Source: an uncultured Bacteroidaceae bacterium
GTDB lineage: Bacteria; Bacteroidota; Bacteroidia; Bacteroidales; SM23-62
DNA: 64,000 nucleotides
Reading direction: 5' to 3'
NCBI GenBank assembly: GCA_964574985.1
Contig: CAZNPH010000001.1
Location: forward strand, 166,357-230,356
Shown piece by piece: positions 49,214 through 58,338 of this stretch. A program made the translations under genes and the position numbers. The notes beneath the pieces were generated by a model. The model was not told where the DNA came from and searched no databases. It was given only the letters and a program-made list of their open reading frames with translations. Position 1 is the first letter of the stretch. Every line of letters starts with the position of its first letter.

Positions 49214-50305
49214 ATGCAAACGGCCATCCCAGATACCGATTTCATCAAACAGCTGAAACAACGTTCCGGTTCCGGTTTAAGTACCTGTATGCAATGTGGT
49301 GCATGTACCGCTGTTTGCGAATTGTCGCCGGCAGACAATCCCTTTCCGAGAAAAGAAATGATCTGGGCATCATGGGGACTGAAAAACAAACTGATGGGCG
49401 ACCCGGACGTCTGGCTGTGCCATCATTGCGGAGATTGTACGGCCACCTGTCCCAGGGAGGTAAAACCCGGGGAAGTATTATCGGCAGTCAGGCATATTAC
49501 CTATGCCTCTTATTCCCGGCCGGGGTTTCTGGCCAGAATGCTGTCAAATCCCCTATACCTTCCATTGGTGGTTGGCGTACCCGCACTGATCATCCTAACG
49601 ATCATTGCCATGGCCGGGACCTTTGGTATTCCTGAAGGAAAGATCAACTATTCCGCTTTTTTCCCCCATGGCTGGTTGAATATTTCCTTTACGGCCATCA
49701 CCCTGCTGTCTTTTTCCGGTTTGGCATGGAGCATCAGGGATTTCCGCAGAGATATCCTCCGGCATCTTCCCGGCCCAACTTCACAGAAGGGGCAGATCAG
49801 AAACTTCATGGTCACCATCCGGGATATCGTACTGCACACCCGGTTCAAAAAATGCAGATACGGCAAATACCAGTACTATGCTCATTTCATGGTATTTGCA
49901 GGTTTTATCCTTTTACTGCTTGTCACCTTATTCGCCATCCTCAGCACCTTGTTCTTCGAATACCCGCTGCCCTTTCTGCATCCCGCGAAAATTGCCGGAA
50001 ACGCAGCTGCACTTCTTTTACTTTCCGGAGGAGGTATTCTGATTGCAAAACGCATCACCGGTGGGGGGAAAATCAATAATGACTACACCGATTGGTTCTT
50101 TCTGATCATTTTGTACCTGCTGGTCATTACGGGCGTACTGGTGGAAATGGCCCGGTTCCTGGATTGGGCACCGGCCTATCACATCTATTTCATCCATCTG
50201 GAATTGGTATGGCTGTTGATCATCTACGCCCCCTATACAAAATTTGCCCACGTGGTTTACCGTACAATGGCCATGGCCGAAGCCCGGAGATGTGGAAGGA
50301 TTTGA
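49214..50305 (+). CDS. qmoC: QmoC (HdrC-like Fe-S domain fused to a membrane cytochrome-b-like domain)
   Basis: 363 aa. CMQCGACTAVCE and CHHCGDCTATCP clusters, followed by about 6 hydrophobic helices. Confidence 0.85.
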   Translation: MQTAIPDTDFIKQLKQRSGSGLSTCMQCGACTAVCELSPADNPFPRKEMIWASWGLKNKLMGDPDVWLCHHCGDCTATCPREVKPGEVLSAVRHITYASYSRPGFLARMLSNPLYLPLVVGVPALIILTIIAMAGTFGIPEGKINYSAFFPHGWLNISFTAITLLSFSGLAWSIRDFRRDILRHLPGPTSQKGQIRNFMVTIRDIVLHTRFKKCRYGKYQYYAHFMVFAGFILLLLVTLFAILSTLFFEYPLPFLHPAKIAGNAAALLLLSGGGILIAKRITGGGKINNDYTDWFFLIILYLLVITGVLVEMARFLDWAPAYHIYFIHLELVWLLIIYAPYTKFAHVVYRTMAMAEARRCGRI

Positions 50306-50316
50306 TTCCCGCGGTC

Positions 50317-50691
50317 TCAGGTCGCAATCATGGTTACAGGGAGGCCGGTAATTTCCTGAAACAATTCGCCGGCTTCCATTAATTCTTCGTCATCTTCTTC
50401 GTAGTACCAATTGATGAGGACCTCCTTTTCTGAACGGTGAATGAGCTCAAGATTTTTCAAAAAATTAATCAAGCATTTGGAAGAACTCGTATTGAAATGC
50501 TCCAATTCAATATTGATGGTGGTTTTTTGCTGAGGATTTCTTGCATATTCCAGGGACCAATCAATCAGTGATCTGTAAAATTCAACCGCATTCTCAGGAT
50601 TTGATCTTCCGCGGATTTCGACAAAACCCTGTCCAGGATCTGATTTTATGGCCGGTGTTTTATCTGTGGCTTTAATGTCAATGGATTCCAT
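50317..50691 (-). CDS. DUF1987 (SiaC-like) protein
   Basis: Start at ATG 50691 (MESIDIKATDKTPAI...GFVEIRGRSNPENAVEFY...INWYYEEDDEE), the typical DUF1987 pattern. Confidence 0.72.
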   Translation of the reverse strand: MESIDIKATDKTPAIKSDPGQGFVEIRGRSNPENAVEFYRSLIDWSLEYARNPQQKTTINIELEHFNTSSSKCLINFLKNLELIHRSEKEVLINWYYEEDDEELMEAGELFQEITGLPVTMIAT

Positions 50692-50799
50692 AACAATATT
50701 TTTATTACTCAATAAATTTATAAAATATGGCATGAATTACCATGACATTGTAAAAAAATGATGTAAAAAAAACCGGATGGCAAGAAAATAATTTGGTTG

Positions 50800-50888
50800 T
50801 GGTGCCCAGGACAAGAATCGAACTTGCACTCCCGATTGCGGGAACATGGCCCTCAACCATGCGCGTCTACCTGTTCCGCCACCTGGGC
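50800..50888 (-). tRNA. tRNA-Leu (anticodon GAG), CCA encoded
   Basis: The reverse complement folds as a type-II cloverleaf. Acceptor GCCCAGG/CCTGGGC, anticodon stem CATGG/CCATG with loop TTGAGGG, long variable arm (CCCG/CGGG), T-loop TTCGATT, 3' ACCA. Confidence 0.9.
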
Positions 50889-50910
50889 GTCAGGGGGAAT
50901 ATACACTCAG

Positions 50911-50994
50911 TGCCCAGAACAGGACTCGAACCTGCACGATGTTGCCATCACTGGTCCCTGAAACCAGCGCGTCTACCAATTCCGCCATCTGGGC
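50911..50994 (-). tRNA. tRNA-Leu (anticodon CAG), CCA not encoded
   Basis: Acceptor GCCCAGA/TCTGGGC, anticodon stem CTGGT/ACCAG with loop TTCAGGG, variable arm GATG/CATC, T-loop TTCGAGT. Confidence 0.9.
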
Positions 50995-51129
50995 ATCGGG
51001 ATGCAAATTTACAAAAAATCACAAACCGGGGGATTTTAAATAAAAAAAAGTCCCTCTCCAAACTGGAAGTCCGTTTATCTTTACGTTAGAAAATCTTAAG
51101 GTGCCGTTTTAATCAATTCTGGTAATGGG

Positions 51130-51166
51130 AAAAAAGAAGGGACTGCCTGCTTGAGACAGCCCCTTC
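51130..51166 (-). terminator. Rho-independent terminator downstream of the PKD lipoprotein gene
   Basis: The minus strand reads GAAGGGGCTGTCTCAAGCAGGCAGTCCCTTC followed by TTTTTT. The stem is GAAGGG/CCCTTC plus CTG/CAG. Confidence 0.6.
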
Positions 51167-51285
51167 GCTAACCTAAACCTAAAACCACTAACCCTATGAA
51201 AAAAACTGACTAACCATTATTTTAAACGTAATTTTTTGCGTTTTGTTCCTTTATTGTGTCCTTATTTGACATTTTTTAACAAAAA

Positions 51286-52038
51286 TCATTCATTTTTCTC
51301 TCTTTCCAGCATACGTTTTTCAACAAGTGACCTGTACTTTTCAATTTTCTCCTTATATTCCCTCTTTCCTGTTTTTTCAATCCTTGAAATCCTGACTTCC
51401 CGGTCCCTTCTGCCTGTGTTTTTTTTGGTCCCGGATACATAATCCACCCAGGCGATAAAATAGTTCATTTCATTGGGTGTCAGACGGGGCGTTTCTATGA
51501 AAGCGACATCCTCCTCTGCCAGAATATAGTTGTTGTGCTTGTATTCCCATACATCCAGATAATACCGTTTGGGGAACAAACCGCTGAACACCGCCCTTCC
51601 ATCCCGGTCGGTGAATGCTTCCACGATGGGATCCACTTCATCAATCCAGTCTTCCAGACTCCCGTAAAAAAGTATACTGGCATCTTCCACAGGATATTCG
51701 TCATAATATTCCAGTACGGTTATTTCCATACTGGTGGGGAATAGCACTTCGATGCGCATACTCGCGTGGTCCACGCGGTCTTCGCCATGCCAGGCGGCCA
51801 GACTCACCCGGTAGATCCCGCTTGCCGTATAGGCATGATCTGCATGAAATGTATTCGACCATGTTCCGTCACCGAAACCCCATTCGAAATAGTCGGCATC
51901 CATGGATGTATTGGTAAAATGTATGACCTCGCCTACCTCAACCATATCCGATGAGGCGAAAAAATCCGCCCGGGGCTCTCTTTCACATGCAGAAAAAACC
52001 ATGGCGGCAACGAAAAGGATTGGGGTTATTTTTTTCAT
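51286..52038 (-). CDS. PKD-domain lipoprotein
   Basis: 250 aa. Lipobox VFSAC. PKD-like segment (VIHFTNTSMDADYFEWGFGDGTW...YTASGIYRVSL). Lys/Glu-rich C-terminal tail. Confidence 0.72.
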   Translation of the reverse strand: MKKITPILFVAAMVFSACEREPRADFFASSDMVEVGEVIHFTNTSMDADYFEWGFGDGTWSNTFHADHAYTASGIYRVSLAAWHGEDRVDHASMRIEVLFPTSMEITVLEYYDEYPVEDASILFYGSLEDWIDEVDPIVEAFTDRDGRAVFSGLFPKRYYLDVWEYKHNNYILAEEDVAFIETPRLTPNEMNYFIAWVDYVSGTKKNTGRRDREVRISRIEKTGKREYKEKIEKYRSLVEKRMLEREKNE

Positions 52039-52157
52039 GGTTTCCGGACTTTTTTTCCTTTCAATTTATGAAATCCAAAATCTATGCCAAATCAATGATT
52101 GTAATTGAAATTTCAATTATTTCTATATTTGGCACAGTTAGAACCAAAATCCGGATC

Positions 52158-54338
52158 ATGAGATTTTTTTTGAGCATTCTTTTATACTTTATCATCAGCC
52201 TTTCCTTCTCCCTTTCGGCACAGCAAAAAAGCCGGAATATCACCCTGGAAAAAATATTTGTTCAGAGGGAATTTTCACCCGAAACCATACGCGGTATCAG
52301 GTCCATGAATGACGGGGAACACTATACCACGCTTACCGGAGGGTCAGCCATCGTCAGACATCTGTACCGGAGCGGCGAACGGGTGGACACAGTATTTTCA
52401 CTGGATATGACTTCCTCCGCAAGCATAAAAAGCATCGATGACTACACTTTCAGTCCGGATGAAAAACGGATCATGCTGACCTCCAATACCAAAAGCATTT
52501 ACAGGTATTCATATACCGCTGATCATTATATCTGGAATATCGACCAGAAAGAAATTTCGCCTTTATCAGAAAACGGATCACAACAGGTTCCCTCTTTTTG
52601 CAACCACGGCTCCAGAATCGCCTTCGTCAGGGACAACAACATTTTCATCAAATGCCTTGACAACGGGGCGGAAATACAGGTAACCCGCGACGGGGACAAA
52701 AACAGGATCATCAACGGGATCCCCGACTGGGTGTATGAGGAAGAATTTGCTTTTTCAAAAGCATATGAATGGTCACCCGACGGAAAACGGATCGCTTATT
52801 ACCGTTTTGACGAAAGCAGGGTCCGGCAATTTAAAATAACATATTACGGAGATCTTTATCCCCGGCTGTACCAATACAAATATCCCAAAGCCGGTGAACA
52901 GAATTCCAGGGTCAGCATTCACATATATGATATAGACACCGGGGAAACCATTGAAGTGGACACAGGTGATGAAACCGACCAGTACATACCCCGGATCAAA
53001 TGGACCCGTGATCCCGGAGTGCTGAGTGTTTTCAGACTAAACAGACAGCAAAATCATCTTGAGCTTCTGTTGGCAGATGCTGCTACAGGATCCTCCCGGG
53101 TAATCCAGGAGGAAAGAGATAAATGCTACATTTCTGAAGTTGACAACGACAAAATACATTTTCTGAAAGACGGAAAGCACTATATCTACATGAGCGAGGA
53201 ATCGGGATACATGCATTTCTATCTTCACTCCATGGACGGAAAAAGGATGCGCCAGATCACCCGGGGTCATTTTGATATTGAAGAACTGCTGGGAATTGAC
53301 CATGCCGGGGAAAAGCTGTATTATACTTCCAATGAAAACTCCACGGTTCAAACGGATGTATTCTCCATCAGCTTCAACGGAAAAAGGAAAAAACAATTAT
53401 CAGACCGGCCCGGATGTAATCACGCCGCATTCAGCAAGGGTTTTAAGTATTATATCAATGTTCATTCCGATGCAAATACCCCTCCTTTCCTCACCCTGAA
53501 CGAACAATCCGGCGAACAGATCAGGGTACTCGAAGACAATGCGGAACTGAAAAGCAAAATGGAGGATTACGGATTCGGGAAAAAAGAACTGTTCACCATT
53601 ACCACAACTGAAGATGTAAAACTCAATGCCTACATGATCAAACCACAAAATTTTGATCCGGACCGGATCTATCCCCTTTTCATGTTCGTTTACGGCGGAC
53701 CGGAATCTCAGTCGGTTCGCGACCGGTACGGTCACCGCATGCCATGGTACCAATTGCTTCTGCAGGAGGGCTACATCGTGGCTTGTGTGGACAACCGGGG
53801 AACGGACGGAAAAGGAGAAGCATTCAGGAAAAGCACCTACATGCAACTGGGAAAACTGGAAACCACAGACCAGGTCGGAGCGGCTGTTTATTTCGGGGGG
53901 CTTCCCTTTATTGACAGGGACAGGATAGGGATCTTCGGGTGGAGTTATGGCGGCTTCCTGACTGCATTGTGCATGACCAAAGGAGCCGGAACCTTCAGGA
54001 TGGGGATCGCTGTGGCACCGGTAACCAACTGGCGTTACTACGACACCATATACACAGAAAGGTTCATGCGGACACCCGGTGAAAATCCGGAAGGATATGA
54101 CAACAACTCCCCCATAAACCATGCAGGAAAACTGGAAGGCAGGTTTCTCCTGATCCATGGCATGGCCGACGACAATGTCCATCTCCAGCATTCCGCAGAA
54201 TTTTCGGAAGCACTTATCCAGTCAGGCAAATCATTTGACATGCAGTTCTATCCAAACAAAAACCACGGGATTTACGGAGGAAATACAACCCTTCACCTCT
54301 ATTCGGCAATAACACGTTTCATCAAAGAAAATCTCTGA
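52158..54338 (+). CDS. Dipeptidyl-peptidase IV (S9B serine peptidase)
   Basis: Start at ATG 52158 (MRFFLSILLYFIISLSFSLSAQQ signal). Beta-propeller region plus the catalytic GWSYGG motif. Confidence 0.9.
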   Translation: MRFFLSILLYFIISLSFSLSAQQKSRNITLEKIFVQREFSPETIRGIRSMNDGEHYTTLTGGSAIVRHLYRSGERVDTVFSLDMTSSASIKSIDDYTFSPDEKRIMLTSNTKSIYRYSYTADHYIWNIDQKEISPLSENGSQQVPSFCNHGSRIAFVRDNNIFIKCLDNGAEIQVTRDGDKNRIINGIPDWVYEEEFAFSKAYEWSPDGKRIAYYRFDESRVRQFKITYYGDLYPRLYQYKYPKAGEQNSRVSIHIYDIDTGETIEVDTGDETDQYIPRIKWTRDPGVLSVFRLNRQQNHLELLLADAATGSSRVIQEERDKCYISEVDNDKIHFLKDGKHYIYMSEESGYMHFYLHSMDGKRMRQITRGHFDIEELLGIDHAGEKLYYTSNENSTVQTDVFSISFNGKRKKQLSDRPGCNHAAFSKGFKYYINVHSDANTPPFLTLNEQSGEQIRVLEDNAELKSKMEDYGFGKKELFTITTTEDVKLNAYMIKPQNFDPDRIYPLFMFVYGGPESQSVRDRYGHRMPWYQLLLQEGYIVACVDNRGTDGKGEAFRKSTYMQLGKLETTDQVGAAVYFGGLPFIDRDRIGIFGWSYGGFLTALCMTKGAGTFRMGIAVAPVTNWRYYDTIYTERFMRTPGENPEGYDNNSPINHAGKLEGRFLLIHGMADDNVHLQHSAEFSEALIQSGKSFDMQFYPNKNHGIYGGNTTLHLYSAITRFIKENL

Positions 54339-54394
54339 ATTCTGAAGGCATTAAGGTTGTATGGCAAATGAACAGGTTCTCTTATAATTTGTTG

Positions 54395-54402
54395 TACCTT
54401 TG
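54395..54402 (+). promoter_or_regulatory. -7 promoter box TACCTTTG (TAnnTTTG) for thrS
   Basis: Exact consensus match 27 nt upstream of ATG 54430. Confidence 0.4.
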
Positions 54403-54429
54403 CAATATTTTTCGGTAAACAAGCAACAA

Positions 54430-56373
54430 ATGATTCAAATCAGATTTCCGGATCATTCGGTGAAAGAATACCAGGATGGAATAACTGCCGGTGAGATTGC
54501 CAAAGACATCAGTCCGGCCCTCGCCAAACAGGTCTACGCTGCATCGGTCAATCAGGAAGTTATGGATTTGAACCGCCCAATCCATGAGAACGCCGACCTG
54601 TTACTGCACAAATGGGAAGATCCGGAGGCCAGACACGCTTTCTGGCATTCATCGGCCCACCTGATGGCAGAGGCTTTGCAAACCCTCTATCCGGGGATCA
54701 GGTTTGGCATTGGTCCGGCCATTGAAAACGGTTTCTATTATGATGTGGATCCTCCCGAAGGGAAAACCATCAACGATGCGGATCTTCCGGTTATTGAGAA
54801 AAAAATGAAAGAACTTGCCGGTAAAAAGGAGGTTTTCCACCGGAAAGAGGTAAGTAAACAGGAAGCCCTCGATTTTTTCATCAGGAAAAAAGAAAATTAC
54901 AAGGTCGAACTGATCAATGACTTGCAGGAAGGGACCATCAGCTTCTACACCCAGGGATCTTTCACTGACCTGTGCAAGGGACCGCACCTGCCGGATACTT
55001 CACCCATCAAGACCATCAAGTTGCTGAATGTTGCAGGGGCCTATTGGCGGGGGGATGAAAACCGGAAACAACTTACCCGGATATACGGCATCAGCTTCCC
55101 CGAAAAAAAGATGCTGGATGATTATCTCGAAATGCTCGAAAAAGCCAGGGAGCGGGATCACAGAAAGATCGGCCGTGAACTGGAATTGTTCACTTTTTCA
55201 AACATGGCCGGCCAGGGTCTTCCGCTATGGCTTCCGAAAGGTGCAGCACTAAGGGAAAGGCTTGAAAATTTCCTGAAAAAAATACAAGCCGGGCATGGAT
55301 ATGAACCCATCATCACCCCTCATATTGGCCGTAAGGAATTATATATGATTTCGGGCCACTATGAAAAATACGGCAGGGATTCATTCCAGCCAATGAAAAC
55401 ACCGGTGGAAGGGGAAGAATTCATGCTGAAACCCATGAATTGTCCCCATCATTGTGAAATCTACAAAGACAAGCCACATTCCTACAGGGAACTGCCCATT
55501 CGCTACGCTGAATTCGGTACGGTTTACCGTTATGAACAGAGTGGTGAGCTGCACGGACTTACACGGGTGCGGGGATTTACCCAGGACGATGCCCACATTT
55601 TTTGTACTCCCGACCAGTTGAAGGATGAATTCATCAAAGTGATTGATATCATCCTGCATATTTTCAATGCACTGGAGTTTGAGGATTTCGCATCCCAGGT
55701 ATCCCTCCGGGATCCAGGGCAAAAATCGGGATATATCGGCACGGATGAGAGCTGGGACAAAGCGGAAAAAGCCATCATCGAAGCAGTCAATGAGAAGGGG
55801 CTGGATGCCCGGATTGAATACGGAGAAGCTGCTTTTTACGGCCCCAAACTGGATTTTATGGTTCGTGACGTGCTGGGAAGAAGCTGGCAACTGGGGACCA
55901 TTCAGGTGGATTATAATCTTCCGGAACGTTTTGAACTGGAATATATCGGTGCGGACAATGAACGGCACAGGCCGGTCATGATCCACAGGGCACCTTTCGG
56001 TTCCATGGAAAGATTTGTTGCCCTGCTGATTGAACACACCGGTGGAAAATTTCCCCTGTGGCTCACTCCTGATCAGGTGGTGGTTATTCCGGTCAGTGAA
56101 AAATTTGATGATTATGCCGAAAAAGTTTCAAATTTTCTAAATAATTGCGATATTCGCACTCTGATTGACCTGAGGAACGAGAAGGTGGGTAAAAAGATCA
56201 GGGACAATGAATTAAAGAAGATCCCATACCTGCTGATCGTGGGCGGAAAAGAAGTTGATGGCCAAACCGTATCGGTCAGGAAACAGGGAGAAGGAGATCA
56301 GGGAATCATGAAACCCGAAGAATTTGCGGCGTTCCTGAAAGAAAAGGAAACCGAACAACTGAAAGAATTCTGA
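54430..56373 (+). CDS. thrS: Threonine-tRNA ligase
   Basis: Start at ATG 54430 ([17 protein letters not shown] domain). [10 protein letters not shown] editing-domain motif. Class II core ([22 protein letters not shown]). Confidence 0.95.
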   Translation: MIQIRFPDHSVKEYQDGITAGEIAKDISPALAKQVYAASVNQEVMDLNRPIHENADLLLHKWEDPEARHAFWHSSAHLMAEALQTLYPGIRFGIGPAIENGFYYDVDPPEGKTINDADLPVIEKKMKELAGKKEVFHRKEVSKQEALDFFIRKKENYKVELINDLQEGTISFYTQGSFTDLCKGPHLPDTSPIKTIKLLNVAGAYWRGDENRKQLTRIYGISFPEKKMLDDYLEMLEKARERDHRKIGRELELFTFSNMAGQGLPLWLPKGAALRERLENFLKKIQAGHGYEPIITPHIGRKELYMISGHYEKYGRDSFQPMKTPVEGEEFMLKPMNCPHHCEIYKDKPHSYRELPIRYAEFGTVYRYEQSGELHGLTRVRGFTQDDAHIFCTPDQLKDEFIKVIDIILHIFNALEFEDFASQVSLRDPGQKSGYIGTDESWDKAEKAIIEAVNEKGLDARIEYGEAAFYGPKLDFMVRDVLGRSWQLGTIQVDYNLPERFELEYIGADNERHRPVMIHRAPFGSMERFVALLIEHTGGKFPLWLTPDQVVVIPVSEKFDDYAEKVSNFLNNCDIRTLIDLRNEKVGKKIRDNELKKIPYLLIVGGKEVDGQTVSVRKQGEGDQGIMKPEEFAAFLKEKETEQLKEF

Positions 56374-56402
56374 AACGAAACCTAAAGGAAAGGAGGTAAA
56401 CC

Positions 56403-56975
56403 ATAGCGGGGCCCAAACCAAACCGGAGATTCAGCAGATCCAGAAGGAATCTACCAAAACACAGGATCAACCATAACATACGATCGAAAACCGTGAGGGT
56501 GGTCGGGGAAAATGTTTCCAATCCCGGGATATACTCCATCCAGGAAGCCATGAAAATGGCCGATTCCCAGGAGCTTGACCTGGTGGAAATATCTCCCAAG
56601 GCAGATCCGCCGGTTTGCAAGATCATTGATTATAAAAAATTTCTATATCACCAAAAAAAGAAACAGAAAGAGCTCAAGGCCAAAACGGTCAAGGTAGTTG
56701 TCAAGGAAATCAGGTTCGGACCACACACCGAAGAACATGATTACAACTTCAAACTGAAACATGCCCGGAAGTTCCTGGAAGACGGTGCAAAAGTCAAGGC
56801 ATATGTATTCTTTAAAGGGAGGTCCATCATATATTCCGAAAAAGGAGAGATCCTGCTGCTCAAACTTGCGCAGGACCTTGAAGATTGCGGAAAAGTAGAA
56901 CAATTGCCGAAGCTGGAAGGCAAGCGGATGACCATGATCATTGCACCCAAGTCCATAAAAAAGAAAAAACAATAA
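56403..56975 (+). CDS. infC: Translation initiation factor IF-3, probable AUA start codon
   Basis: The conserved IF-3 N-terminus [17 protein letters not shown] lies upstream of the first GTG/ATG. The frame opens after TAA 56397-56399 and contains no ATG. ATA at 56403 sits 6 nt after AGGAGG (56391-56396). Confidence 0.85.
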   Translation: MAGPKPNRRFSRSRRNLPKHRINHNIRSKTVRVVGENVSNPGIYSIQEAMKMADSQELDLVEISPKADPPVCKIIDYKKFLYHQKKKQKELKAKTVKVVVKEIRFGPHTEEHDYNFKLKHARKFLEDGAKVKAYVFFKGRSIIYSEKGEILLLKLAQDLEDCGKVEQLPKLEGKRMTMIIAPKSIKKKKQ

Positions 56976-56990
56976 GAAAAAGCATACAGA

Positions 56991-57188
56991 ATGCCAAAAA
57001 TGAAGACCAACGCGGGAGCCAAAAAAAGGTTTAAATTATCGGCCACCGGCAAGATAAGAAGAAAACATGCATACAAGAGCCACATCCTGACCAAGAAATC
57101 CAAGAAAAGAAAACGGAATCTCGGATATTTCGGAGAGGTGAGTGGGGCCGATAAAGAACGAATCAGGCGATTGCTGGCCATGAAATAA
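56991..57188 (+). CDS. rpmI: 50S ribosomal protein L35
   Basis: 65 aa. [36 protein letters not shown]. Confidence 0.93.
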   Translation: MPKMKTNAGAKKRFKLSATGKIRRKHAYKSHILTKKSKKRKRNLGYFGEVSGADKERIRRLLAMK

Positions 57189-57202
57189 AAAATTGAATAA
57201 AA

Positions 57203-57553
57203 ATGCCCAGATCAACCAATAAAGTAGCATCAAGGAGCAGAAAGAAAAAAATACTCAAACAAACCCGGGGTAACTTCGGAGGAAGAAAGAATCTGTACTC
57301 GGTTGCCGTAAATACACTTGAAAAAGGCATGCAATATGCCTACCGGGACCGAAGGAAGAAAAAAGGGAATTTTCGCGCATTGTGGATCCAGAGGATCAAT
57401 GCCGCAGCCAGGAATTATGACATGTCTTACTCTGAATTCATGGGCAGGGTCAGTAAAAAAGGCATCAAGCTCAACAGGAAAGTACTTGCCGACCTGGCCA
57501 TGAATCATCCGGATGCATTTAAGGCAGTGGTTGATACCGTAAAGAAAGACTGA
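57203..57553 (+). CDS. rplT: 50S ribosomal protein L20
   Basis: 116 aa. [19 protein letters not shown]...[24 protein letters not shown]. Confidence 0.93.
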   Translation: MPRSTNKVASRSRKKKILKQTRGNFGGRKNLYSVAVNTLEKGMQYAYRDRRKKKGNFRALWIQRINAAARNYDMSYSEFMGRVSKKGIKLNRKVLADLAMNHPDAFKAVVDTVKKD

Positions 57554-57606
57554 ACACAGGACAGTCTGGCTGCCTCCTGAGTCACCCCCCCGTTAATCCT
57601 CTTATT

Positions 57607-58323
57607 ATGATTGTTGGAATCATAGGGTATGGCCGCATGGGACATGAAATCGAAAAGGTTGCATCCGAGCGAGGCCATCAAACCGGACTCATCATCGACC
57701 TGGACAATTTGCAGGATCTCAATCAGGCCAATCTAGACAAGATCGATGTCGCTCTGGAATTCAGCACTCCGGAAACCGCCTTTGACAATATCGTTAAATG
57801 CTTTGAGGGAAAAACGCCGGTTGTATCAGGAACAACCGGATGGCTGGATAAATACGAACTGATTAAAAGCAAATGCCTGGAAGAAAAACAAACCCTTCTG
57901 GTAGCATCCAATTTCAACATAGGCGTCAACATCCTGTTTGCACTCAACAAAAAACTGGCCCGGTTCATGAACGGATTTCCCCAGTATGAACCTTCCATCG
58001 AAGAGATCCATCATACCCGGAAACTTGACGCACCCAGCGGGACGGCTATTCATCTGGGAGAAGACATCATAAGTCTTTTGGACAGAAAAAAAGACTGGAA
58101 ACTTGACCGCCGGGGAGAAAAAGATATATTGAACATTCATGCGGTCAGGAAAGGGGATGTGCCGGGCATACATCAGATCAAATATGAATCGGAATTTGAT
58201 GAGATCATATTGAAACATACCGCAGCAAGCAGAAAGGGTTTTGCACTCGGAGCCATTCTGGCAGCTGAATTTATCCGGGATAAAACGGGGGTATTCACCA
58301 TGAATGATCTGCTCGGATTCTGA
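57607..58323 (+). CDS. dapB: 4-hydroxy-tetrahydrodipicolinate reductase
   Basis: 238 aa. GIIGYGRMG NAD fold, and the EIHHTRKLDAPSGTA signature. Confidence 0.9.
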   Translation: MIVGIIGYGRMGHEIEKVASERGHQTGLIIDLDNLQDLNQANLDKIDVALEFSTPETAFDNIVKCFEGKTPVVSGTTGWLDKYELIKSKCLEEKQTLLVASNFNIGVNILFALNKKLARFMNGFPQYEPSIEEIHHTRKLDAPSGTAIHLGEDIISLLDRKKDWKLDRRGEKDILNIHAVRKGDVPGIHQIKYESEFDEIILKHTAASRKGFALGAILAAEFIRDKTGVFTMNDLLGF

Positions 58324-58338
58324 CATCCTGCCCCGTTC

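Noticed and set aside
57554-57606. Stem-loop CAGGACAG-tctgg-CTGccTCCTG in the 53-nt spacer after rplT, considered as a terminator or as a known RNA motif associated with Bacteroidales L20 genes.
   Set aside because: No U-tract follows it. The segment is too short for me to match to any motif from memory, and dapB starts immediately after. Not callable without an Rfam scan.
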